Made by a program: the position numbers and the translations under genes. From assembly GCA_046350055.1 (NCBI GenBank), contig JAXMBC010000001.1:1214660-1278659 (forward strand): a stretch of DNA of 64,000 nt. The letters run 5' to 3'. Below, piece after piece: positions 27,891 through 36,541 of this stretch. Numbering within the stretch: the first letter of the stretch is position 1; each line of letters opens with the position of its first letter. This stretch comes from Gemmatales bacterium. Its GTDB lineage: Bacteria; Planctomycetota; Planctomycetia; Gemmatales; HRBIN36. Below the pieces are notes generated by a model. It made no database searches. It had not been told where the DNA came from and worked only from the letters and a program-made list of their open reading frames with translations.

Positions 27891-28436
27891 TCAGTCGCAG
27901 TCTTGGTAGCCACCCAACTGACCACATTTTCTGCACCGAAACATGTACGCAGTCGGTGATCCTTCCTTGTCGAGTGCGGCGAGAAACTCCTCCCACTCGG
28001 GGCCATCTGAAAGGCCCGCGGAATCTTGAATCGCAGCTATTGCTTGTGGACCGAGAGCCTTCAACTCCTTCTTCCCAGCGCGCCCGATGAACTCAGCTGC
28101 ATCGCCACAATGGGTCCACCATTGCTCTTGTTGCCAGCCCGAGAATCCGGGAGTGCGATGGGCCACCTCCTCGATCACCTCTTCCGGCACTTCATCCCAC
28201 ATCCCGCCGCCGCCAATGCCGGCATCGTCGGTGAAGCTCGCTTCCAGTTTTTCATTAGCGGACCCGTCTGCGATGCACCAGGGGCATATGCATTGGTCGT
28301 ATTCCTCCACGGCGTAAACGGGGCCGGTGTAGATGAAGCCGCACGCCTTCCCACAGCAGGCGCATTCGGTATCGGACTTGATGACCATTCCGGTCGCCAA
28401 GGGGTCAGGGTGGTACTTGAAGGTTGGCAGTGCCAC
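27891..28436 (-). CDS. cassette ORF a, CbrC/UPF0167-family protein (colicin-tolerance-associated family)
   Basis: It reads LPTFKYHPDPLATG...CACCGK...CPWCIADGSA...FRCRKCG. It has a GTG start with AGGAG 7 nt upstream. Confidence 0.65.
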   Translation of the reverse strand: MALPTFKYHPDPLATGMVIKSDTECACCGKACGFIYTGPVYAVEEYDQCICPWCIADGSANEKLEASFTDDAGIGGGGMWDEVPEEVIEEVAHRTPGFSGWQQEQWWTHCGDAAEFIGRAGKKELKALGPQAIAAIQDSAGLSDGPEWEEFLAALDKEGSPTAYMFRCRKCGQLGGYQDCD

Positions 28437-28459
28437 GGTCGACTCCTAAAGCAGCGAAC

Positions 28460-28679
28460 AGTTGTTTCTCTGACCTATAGGTCAGAGAGTAAACCACACA
28501 GGTCAGATAATACCTGCTTGTCTCCAGCCTGGTCAAGCGATTAGCCTCGGAAGGTCCACTTCCCTGACCTAAACTCTGATGAAACTCCTCGACTACTGAC
28601 AATACTCTGTCTCGACCTTCAAGTTTACTATCTCCAACTTTCTCCAAACCGTCCACTAGCCACCACCCTGGTGTACAAG
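28460..28679 (-). promoter_or_regulatory. element B, copy 3 (long form): outward promoter plus palindrome facing the cbrC-like ORF
   Basis: On the minus strand, TTGACC (28536-28531) is followed by an 18-nt spacer and TATTAT (28512-28507). The palindrome is at 28467-28488. On the plus strand it is followed by segment C (28680-28770), but no module A is present. Confidence 0.55.
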
Positions 28680-29189
28680 CCTATCATAACAGGGAGGCAG
28701 GCCTGCGAAGGTCGTGGAGACGGTCTGTCTATAGAGTGCAGTAACCGTGGCACGATGAACTCCGCCGCGCACACAATCGCACGGTTGGTTGCATCGCCAC
28801 GAGGTGCTGCAGACGCGGCAGGATGCCGCGTCTACTTTGCGCACATGCGGTGCTGGGGATGAACCACTTCGCGTGCACGCGAGCCTTCAGATGGCGCGGG
28901 CGCGAATAGTTTGCTGCTGCATGAATCGACGGTGCACAGAATTCTGACGTAAGTCATTGACATCATTAACGATGCGCTGCGCACGAGTGGTTTGCCAGAT
29001 GAACTGAGACTGCACTGCCCCCGACTCTGCGACCCAAAGCCTCCCGCATACGGTGGATGTCGCCCTGAATCCACACCTCACCTTCACGCCAACCCTCGCT
29101 GCCATCCCTATACTAAACAGTTGCCAAGTCACCCAACCATTCGCCCCGCTCCTTCACTCTTCCGCTAAGGAGTCGGGCCAGGAAAGCAC

Positions 29190-31031
29190 ATGAAACGGAA
29201 CGATATTCGCAATGTCGCCATCATCGCCCACGTCGATCATGGCAAAACCACGCTCGTCGATGAAATGCTCAGGCAGTCAGGCCTCTTCCGCGCCGGCGAA
29301 CTCGAGAAGCTCGAAGGAGGCCAGCACGGCCTCATCATGGATTCCAACGAACTGGAACGGGAGCGGGGCATCACCATCCTCGCCAAGAACTGTGCCATCA
29401 AGTGGGGCGATACCAAGATCAACATCATCGATACCCCCGGCCACGCCGACTTCGGTGGCGAAGTGGAACGCGTCCTTCGCATGGCGGACGGTGCCGCACT
29501 GCTGGTCGATGCCGCCGAAGGCCCGTTGCCTCAGACCCGCTTCGTGCTCCGCAAGGCGTTCGAGTGTGGCCTCAAGCCCATTGTGGTGATCAACAAGATC
29601 GATCGTCCCGATGCCCGGGTGCAGGAAGTGCTCAATGGCATCTTCGATCTCTTCGTCGATCTCGATGCCGATGATGCGACCTGCGACTTCCCCGTGGTGT
29701 ATGCCTCGGGCCGCAATGGCTGGGCCAAGCTCAGCATGGATGACGAGAGCAAGGACTTGCGTCCCCTCGTCGAAACCATCATGAAGCACGTGCCGCCGCC
29801 TGATGTGAACCTGGATGCACCAGCCCAGTTCCAGGTGAACAACCTCGACCACAGCGAATTCGTCGGCCGCATTGCCGTGGGCAAGGTCTACGCTGGCAAG
29901 CTCAAGAAGAACCAGCGCGTGGCGGTGCTCTCCCGCGACAACAAGCGGACCGATTACAACATCAAGCAATTGCTGACCTTCGACCGTCTCGGTCGCAACG
30001 AGGTGGAGGAAGTGACCGCTGGCGACATCTGTGCCATCGTCGGCCTGACCGATGTGGAAATGGGCGACACGGTAGCAGATGTCGATCATCCCAATCCCCT
30101 TCCAGCACTGAAGGTCGATGAACCAACACTGACGATGCTCTTCCGCATCAACGATTCGCCCTTCTCCGGGCGTGATGGTGAGTACGTCACCAGCCGGCAG
30201 TTGCGCGACCGTCTGTTCAAGGAACTGGAACGCAACGTGGCCCTGCGGGTCGTGCCGGCAGCCAAGTCCGACGAGTTCATGGTCTCAGGCCGAGGTCTTC
30301 TGCACCTGGGCATTCTGCTCGAGACCATGCGCCGCGAAGGCTATGAGCTCAGCGTCGGCAAGCCCCGTGTCATCATGAAGGAAGAAGGGGGCATGAAGCT
30401 GGAGCCGGTGGAATACCTTGTGATCGAGTGTCCGCAAGGGTCCGTCGGTTCCGTCATGGAACTCGTCGGCAATCGCCGGGCAGAATGCCTGAAGATGGAT
30501 GCCCGAGGCGAACTGACCCACCTGGAGTTCACCATCCCCGCCCGAGGTCTCATCGGCCTCAAGACCCGGCTGCTCACTGCCACCAGCGGTCAGGCCATCA
30601 TGCACCACACGTTCTACGACTATCAGCCCAGCCGTGGAACCATCCCGTCACGGACCAACGGCGTGATGATCGCCACCGAAACTGGCCCCGCCACGTTCTA
30701 TGCCATTGAAGGCTTGCAGGACCGGGGCGTCATGTTCGTCTCGCCGCAGGATCAGTGTTATGAAGGACAGATCGTGGCCGAGCATTGCCGCGACAATGAC
30801 CTGCCTGTGAATATCGCCCGTGAGAAAAAGCTGACCAACATGCGGAACGCCAACGCCGAAAAGACGGTGGTGCTCAAGGCTCCCCGGCAGATGACGCTGG
30901 AAATGGCTCTCGAGTACATCGAAGACGATGAACTGGTGGAGATCACACCAAACTTCATCCGGCTACGGAAGATGATGCTCAAGGAAGCTGACCGCAAACG
31001 GTTCGACCGGTCGAACCGGGAGGCGGAATAA
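29190..31031 (+). CDS. typA: translational GTPase TypA/BipA
   Basis: It starts [24 protein letters not shown], has [12 protein letters not shown] and NKIDR, and is 613 aa long. Confidence 0.9.
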   Translation: MKRNDIRNVAIIAHVDHGKTTLVDEMLRQSGLFRAGELEKLEGGQHGLIMDSNELERERGITILAKNCAIKWGDTKINIIDTPGHADFGGEVERVLRMADGAALLVDAAEGPLPQTRFVLRKAFECGLKPIVVINKIDRPDARVQEVLNGIFDLFVDLDADDATCDFPVVYASGRNGWAKLSMDDESKDLRPLVETIMKHVPPPDVNLDAPAQFQVNNLDHSEFVGRIAVGKVYAGKLKKNQRVAVLSRDNKRTDYNIKQLLTFDRLGRNEVEEVTAGDICAIVGLTDVEMGDTVADVDHPNPLPALKVDEPTLTMLFRINDSPFSGRDGEYVTSRQLRDRLFKELERNVALRVVPAAKSDEFMVSGRGLLHLGILLETMRREGYELSVGKPRVIMKEEGGMKLEPVEYLVIECPQGSVGSVMELVGNRRAECLKMDARGELTHLEFTIPARGLIGLKTRLLTATSGQAIMHHTFYDYQPSRGTIPSRTNGVMIATETGPATFYAIEGLQDRGVMFVSPQDQCYEGQIVAEHCRDNDLPVNIAREKKLTNMRNANAEKTVVLKAPRQMTLEMALEYIEDDELVEITPNFIRLRKMMLKEADRKRFDRSNREAE

Positions 31032-31116
31032 GTCTGCCTGCTGGACTTCCTCCAGAATTGTGTGATACTGGACGCTGCCTTTTACGCTAAGTAATAGAAG
31101 GCATCTGGATCAGGAC

Positions 31117-34100
31117 ATGAGTACTAGCCAGCCGACAAGCTCCGGGGCTCGCTTGTGGCAAAAGCAGACGCCGCAGAGCTTGTTCGATACCGTCGATATG
31201 CATCCAGCGTCAGAAGAGGCGATGCCTGAACGGATCGGCAACCTGCTGATCCGTCGCTGCGTCGGGCGGGGTGGCTTCGGCATCGTTTACGCCGCGTACG
31301 ACGAAGGACTGGGAAAAGAGGTGGCGGTCAAGGTGCCGCGTGCCCAGTTGATACCCAACCAGATACTGATCGACCGCTTTGTCCGCGAGATGCATTCAGG
31401 CTCGCTGGATCACCCGAACATCCTGACCGTCCTGCAGGCCGGTACCGATAATCACGTCCCGTATCTGGTGATGCCTCTCTGCGAAGGCACCGACCTGGGT
31501 AACTGGCTCGCCAGGCGGAATCAGGATGACAGGGCCCTTCCCACCGAACTGGTTCTGCACTGGGTCATCCAGATCACCAAAGCGGTGGACTACGCACACA
31601 AGCGCGGTGTACTCCATCGCGACCTGAAGCCTTCCAATATCATGCTCGATCAGTCAACAGGCTCCACCAATCCTTACGACTGGGTGCCTCGCCTGACCGA
31701 CTTCGGGCTGGCCAAGGCATTGACCAGCGAGGATAAGGGGTCGTCGCTCACCAAGCAGGGAGACATCCTCGGCACGCCAGAGTACATGTCCCCGGAACAA
31801 CTGGCTGGCGATGTCAATAACATCGGCGTAGCGACCGATGTGCATGGTCTGGGAACCATTCTGCACGAGCTGGTCTATGGCGTCTCACCCTACGGCGGAC
31901 ACGACCGCACCAATACACTGTTCAAGGTCATCAACCTCGCACCGCAGTATCCGACCACGATGAAGCGGCGCGTGCCGCCTGATCTGCGGGCGGTGATCGA
32001 GAAATGCCTGGAGAAGAAGCCGGAAGATCGCTTCCAGAGTGCCAGTGAGTTGCTGGAAGAGCTGGAGAAGGTACGCGATGGCAAGCCCACCCGTACACGC
32101 CCGCTCACCTGGCTGGGGCATGGGCTTCGCTGGGGCTGGCGTCATCCGATTGGAGCATTGGCAGCCGGCATCATTGCGGTGCTCCTGGCGATTCTGGGCA
32201 TCGGCATCGTCAAATACCAGCTCACTTCCCTCGCGAATGTGAAAGAGCTGCAGGAAAACAACAAGCGGCTGCAGGAGAAGGAGCAGGAACGAGTTCATAC
32301 GATCGGGGCGTCCCTCATGAGGGAGGCCTTCTCCTTTTACAACGATGGTCGAACCGACCTGGCACTGGATCGACTCAACCAGCCGGAAGTGCAAGGCACC
32401 ATGCCCCTGGTCGAGGGGCTGCTGCGGTATCAGCTCATGAATCGACAGGTCGTTTACTATCCGGGGCATTTTTCCCGCGTCGATCACATGGCGATATCCA
32501 CGAATGAACGGTACATCATTACCCGCAGTCACGACGAGAATGTGCTGCTGACGGATCTGGTGACTGGTACCAGGCGATCGCTGGCGGAGCCAGGCGAATT
32601 GCTGATGCTTGGCCATACGGGGCATCGTTCAATTTTTATCAATCAGTTCGGTCAGGCCTGTGTCTGGCATGCACAGGATGAACGGCGACTCCATCGCCAT
32701 ACCCTGACGCCCTTGACCAATACCAGGTACGCCAGCATCGCCTGCTCTGCGGATCGCACCCAGATCTTCGCCACGCAGCCTGAAATCGGCTTAATCTGGT
32801 ATGATGTTCGGCAACAACAGACCTTGCTGGTGCCATGGCCAAAAGGGCTCGAACCTCATTCCACTCGCACTGCTTCCACGTTGTGGTGCAGCCCCACTGG
32901 CAACTGGCTCATTATTGATCAAGTCGGGAAAGGCTATCTATCCTGGCACCGGGACGAGCCCGAGAAGCTCGTGCCACTCTGCTTGATGGCTCCACTCGAT
33001 GGGCCACAAAATCTACCCATTCAGGCGATCTCCTTTCAGGAGCAAAGTGATGAACTCTACGCCTGGGTGTATCCCCATTATCGCGCCCACTTTCGTCGCA
33101 AGCCTCATCTGGTGACCGTAGCAACCTGCCCGGAATTGGGACGATGCAGTTACAATCTGGGACCGAATCCCGAGAACCGGATGTGCTGTCTGGATCGAAA
33201 CAACAGCAACATACTCTATACCGGAAACAATTATGGCGAAGTTATTGCCGTGGACCTGGCTAGCGGGCAGGTCACCACCCTGGTCCAACATGCCAGCGAA
33301 GTGCAGGCAGTACTGCACGGAGCACCGGGCGAACTGTTCATCCTCGATGAGGCCATGCTCTTCGCCTATGATCTTCGTTCCCGGACTATCACACAGACAT
33401 GGAAGATACCAGACATCCTGCGTGATGCCAAAGTGGGAGACTTCCTGAACTGGCTGCAGTATTTCCCTTCGGAACGAGCCTTGCTTGTTGCGGGTAACGA
33501 TGGTCGCATTGCCAGGTGGAACCTCACGTATCAGCAGCCGGAAACACTCTGGCACCGCGAACGCAGTGAAGTGCATGGCATCGCGTTCTCCGACGATTCC
33601 CGTCTCCTGGCCACTGGTGCTGATAATGGCGATGTCCACCTCTGGGATCCCCAGACGCGGAAGTTGATCCGTTCCATCGACAAGGCACATGATGTCGTGG
33701 TCATGAGCCTCTGCTTCACGCCTGATGGGCAATCGCTTTTCTCCAGCAGTTACGATGGTGATATCAAGCAATGGAACGTGGCCACCGGCGCGCTGGTCCA
33801 GACCTATGTCGGTCCCCATATGCCGATTCGCTCCATAGCGTATTCCCCGAAGCATCGTCGTCTCTTTGCCGGCTGCCGCGAAGGCTTCCTGATCACGTGG
33901 GAGGAAGGGCAGCCCAACAAGTGCCTCTGGCGGCGACTGCATGAGAATAATATCAAGGGCTTCCACCTCTCTGCGGACGAATCACGACTCTACACCGGTG
34001 GCGAGGATTTCACCATCAAGTGCCTCGACCCGGCGACCGGTCAGCAACAATATGAACTCAATGATCAACAGCAATCGTGGTGTGTGGTGGAGCGGGGATC

Positions 34101-34434
34101 GCAACTCTACACTGCCGGAGCTGCTGCCCACCTGAGTGTCTTCGATCGGCTGGCGAAGCACAAAATCGCGGACTTCACTGATACTTTCAACAATCACTCT
34201 GCCCTGGTGGTCAGCCGCAATGGTGAGTACATGATTTCTGCGGGAGAGTCGGCTCCCATCCGGTTCTGGAACGTGCGGACCAGGCATGAACTGGGCATGC
34301 TTAACACCACTCAGGAGATGGTGTATATGATGGCTCTTTCCCCGGACGACAAGTACCTCGCAGTCGCCTGCAAATCAGGCAAGGTACTGATCTATCCTGT
34401 TGGTGCCCTGCCCGTACCCTCTGACAACAAATAA
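31117..34434 (+). CDS. Ser/Thr protein kinase with a TM segment and a C-terminal WD40 beta-propeller
   Basis: It has the kinase motifs HRDLKPSNIM, DFGLAK and SPEQ, and late WD-type repeats (GDVHLWD, DIKQWN, IRFWN). Confidence 0.85.
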   Translation: MSTSQPTSSGARLWQKQTPQSLFDTVDMHPASEEAMPERIGNLLIRRCVGRGGFGIVYAAYDEGLGKEVAVKVPRAQLIPNQILIDRFVREMHSGSLDHPNILTVLQAGTDNHVPYLVMPLCEGTDLGNWLARRNQDDRALPTELVLHWVIQITKAVDYAHKRGVLHRDLKPSNIMLDQSTGSTNPYDWVPRLTDFGLAKALTSEDKGSSLTKQGDILGTPEYMSPEQLAGDVNNIGVATDVHGLGTILHELVYGVSPYGGHDRTNTLFKVINLAPQYPTTMKRRVPPDLRAVIEKCLEKKPEDRFQSASELLEELEKVRDGKPTRTRPLTWLGHGLRWGWRHPIGALAAGIIAVLLAILGIGIVKYQLTSLANVKELQENNKRLQEKEQERVHTIGASLMREAFSFYNDGRTDLALDRLNQPEVQGTMPLVEGLLRYQLMNRQVVYYPGHFSRVDHMAISTNERYIITRSHDENVLLTDLVTGTRRSLAEPGELLMLGHTGHRSIFINQFGQACVWHAQDERRLHRHTLTPLTNTRYASIACSADRTQIFATQPEIGLIWYDVRQQQTLLVPWPKGLEPHSTRTASTLWCSPTGNWLIIDQVGKGYLSWHRDEPEKLVPLCLMAPLDGPQNLPIQAISFQEQSDELYAWVYPHYRAHFRRKPHLVTVATCPELGRCSYNLGPNPENRMCCLDRNNSNILYTGNNYGEVIAVDLASGQVTTLVQHASEVQAVLHGAPGELFILDEAMLFAYDLRSRTITQTWKIPDILRDAKVGDFLNWLQYFPSERALLVAGNDGRIARWNLTYQQPETLWHRERSEVHGIAFSDDSRLLATGADNGDVHLWDPQTRKLIRSIDKAHDVVVMSLCFTPDGQSLFSSSYDGDIKQWNVATGALVQTYVGPHMPIRSIAYSPKHRRLFAGCREGFLITWEEGQPNKCLWRRLHENNIKGFHLSADESRLYTGGEDFTIKCLDPATGQQQYELNDQQQSWCVVERGSQLYTAGAAAHLSVFDRLAKHKIADFTDTFNNHSALVVSRNGEYMISAGESAPIRFWNVRTRHELGMLNTTQEMVYMMALSPDDKYLAVACKSGKVLIYPVGALPVPSDNK

Positions 34435-34460
34435 AGCCCACGGGAAGTTCCCGTGGGCTT
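34434..34460. terminator. bidirectional terminator hairpin between convergent genes
   Basis: AAGCCCACGG-GAAGTTC-CCGTGGGCTT, located immediately after the kinase stop codon. Confidence 0.6.
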
Positions 34461-34487
34461 CGGAGAGCTGCTGTCGTGCTTGACTGG

Positions 34488-36302
34488 TTACTTCGAGTAG
34501 CCAGCCTGCTGAACCATGCCCGCCTTCATCATCGAGCTGATCACATCGTTGGCAGCTTCCTTCACGCGGGGATCCATATCCACCGAAGCGTGGGCCAGCA
34601 TGTTCAGCACTTCAGGACGGGTAGACTTCATCGAAGCCAGCGTGCGGATGGCGGCAACCTTCACCAGTGGTGCACGGTCATTCTGTGCCGCAGTCAGCAG
34701 CGCGTCTTCCACGTAGGGACGAACCGTTGGCAGCGTGGCCTGTTCCAGCCGCTGGGCAGCCCACTGGCGGTTTTCCCATTCCTTGGACTGGGCCAGCACA
34801 TTGATCAGCTGCATGGTGTTGGCCACAGCGTCGCCATTACCAGGATTCATCTGGTGAATGCCAGCCATGATTCGATCGTTCATGCCGTCGCCGAAGGGCT
34901 GATTCAGGCAGTAGTAAGGAACCACGTTGGGGGAGTTCATGTAGCACCGGATAGAACTGCTGTTCATGGTGCAGAACGCGGGAACCATGGGTTGAGGAGG
35001 TGGGCCACCGGGTGTGCCATTGACTGCTGTCAGGTGCACGCCGGGAACTGGCACATTGATTTCGTCCTCGCGAACGCGATGACCACGATGGCTGCGGCCA
35101 TGCCCCACTCCATGCTTGCTGCAGGCGTCGCAGCTGCCTTCAGGGCCGCCACATGTGGCACACTTCGAAGCAGCACACTGGCTATCGCAGGCCTTGGCAG
35201 TAGCACAGGGATCGCAAGCCTTGGTGGCAGTAGCACAGGGATCGCAAGCCTTGGTGGTAGTGGCACAGGGATCGCATGCCTTGGTGGCACACGGGTCACA
35301 CGCCTTGACTGGTGCAGCAACTGTCTTGTAGGGGTCACACACCTTGGCCGGTGCAGCAACCGTCTTGCAAGGATCGCAGGCCACCTTGGCTGGCTCGCAG
35401 GGCTTGCATTCAGTCTTGGCTACAACTGGCGGGCAAGCAGGCTTGCAAGGCTCACATTTCACCGGAGCAGGTGCACAGGCAACTGGTGCACAGGCAGTCT
35501 TAGGTGCACAGGCAGTACCACAGCTATCGCAGTTCAAGGTCACTACTTCGTTGTTATCCAGTGCCTGGCAGCGATGGGTCATCACGCCGTGAGCATCACG
35601 AGCAGTGCCCAGAATCTTGTACTTGCGGGCCTTGCCGTTTTCCGTGATGGTGATCACTTCGCAGCCACCTACCAGTTCACGTGTGGTAGCAGCAGCGGGG
35701 GCAGGAGCCGTTTGCACAGGTGCAGCCTGGACAGAGACAGGAACCTGTGTCGGAACCACTGGCACCGAAACCGTATTCTTGATCGTCGCTGGTGCAGCCA
35801 CTTCCTTGCGGACGGGTGCAACTTCAGACTTGATTGGCTGCGAAGCCACAGGAGCGCTGACAACAGGCTTGGCTACTTCGTTCCTGGGAAGCAGCGGAAT
35901 CAAGCCGCCGTCCACAGACTGTACCTTGTCGCCATCCACAGGCACCTGATGACCGACTTGCTTGACTGCAGCATCAGCTGCAGGAGCCACCGGGCAACCC
36001 GTCGGGCGAACGCCGTTGACCCAGCGATAGAGCTTGATGCGCTCAGCAGCGCTCTTGGCCTTGGTGTTTTCCACCAGGGTCAGTTCCGTCTTGCTGGTGT
36101 TGGTTGTGGCTTGCATCACGGGCGTGCCGTCAGCGAGACGCCATACCTGGGTAATGACAGCCTTCTCCGTGGGGAAGTTCTTTTCCACCACTGTGATAGT
36201 TTTGCCCAGGCGCTGGTCCAGGGCGGGGAATGCATCATCAGCCTGGGCTGCACTGGTGCAGGCCAGCAGACAGACGAGCAACGCGGGGGCAACACGACAC
36301 AT
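34488..36302 (-). CDS. secreted protein with a Cys-rich tandem-repeat region and C-terminal HEAT repeats
   Basis: It has a signal peptide (MCRVAPALLVCLLACTSAAQA) and KACDPCAT repeats. The C-terminus has HEAT-like helices (VKVAAIRTLASM...DPRVKEAAND). Confidence 0.7.
   Translation of the reverse strand: MCRVAPALLVCLLACTSAAQADDAFPALDQRLGKTITVVEKNFPTEKAVITQVWRLADGTPVMQATTNTSKTELTLVENTKAKSAAERIKLYRWVNGVRPTGCPVAPAADAAVKQVGHQVPVDGDKVQSVDGGLIPLLPRNEVAKPVVSAPVASQPIKSEVAPVRKEVAAPATIKNTVSVPVVPTQVPVSVQAAPVQTAPAPAAATTRELVGGCEVITITENGKARKYKILGTARDAHGVMTHRCQALDNNEVVTLNCDSCGTACAPKTACAPVACAPAPVKCEPCKPACPPVVAKTECKPCEPAKVACDPCKTVAAPAKVCDPYKTVAAPVKACDPCATKACDPCATTTKACDPCATATKACDPCATAKACDSQCAASKCATCGGPEGSCDACSKHGVGHGRSHRGHRVREDEINVPVPGVHLTAVNGTPGGPPPQPMVPAFCTMNSSSIRCYMNSPNVVPYYCLNQPFGDGMNDRIMAGIHQMNPGNGDAVANTMQLINVLAQSKEWENRQWAAQRLEQATLPTVRPYVEDALLTAAQNDRAPLVKVAAIRTLASMKSTRPEVLNMLAHASVDMDPRVKEAANDVISSMMKAGMVQQAGYSK
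35191..35380 (-). repeat. in-frame tandem DNA repeats (27/30-nt units, then ~39-nt units)
   Basis: gccttgg(tgg)cagtagcacagggatcgcaa occurs 3.5 times and ggtgcagcaacYgtcttg occurs twice. Together they encode the (K)ACDPCAT(T)TK and CDPYKTVAAP motifs. Confidence 0.8.
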
Positions 36303-36541
36303 GGCCTGGCTCTCCTTGCTTATTCTGAGCGCGCAGTCTCTGCGGGGAGACCTCTCAGTGAACCTGTGCGGGTTTGCTCACCGAGACGATGCGCGCGGCT
36401 TCTAACAGTGTTGCCCTGTGTATCGTCTTGGAAAGTTTAACCGCATGAGGGGAAGGGAACGAAGATGCGGAGGATGCACAGGGTAGGGGGCTTCAATGTG
36501 CACAACTTAACTCTGATACCGATTAGGTAAGATGGGTAACC

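Noticed and set aside
24630-28862. Plus-strand ORFs sharing the peptide GAIACVYSRWLCRGTP.F.HSQVEYDQ (24630-24830, 25434-25637, 25716-25910) and the MYKPIITGRQACEGRGDG peptide (25434-25637, 28671-28862)
   Set aside because: The shared peptide is encoded exactly by the nested hairpins of module A, and the upstream parts differ in every copy. The conservation is explained by DNA/RNA structure rather than by a protein.
28771-29189. A possible integron integrase or attI upstream of the array
   Set aside because: All six frames were read. None shows a tyrosine-recombinase-like motif (R..H..R..Y box) or any ORF with plausible composition. Only hairpins and degenerate attC-like fragments were found.
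34476-36440. A 654-aa plus-strand ORF
   Set aside because: It lies antisense to the secreted Cys-rich/HEAT protein gene. It is low-complexity with no motifs, and the minus-strand frame has a signal peptide and repeats that make sense.
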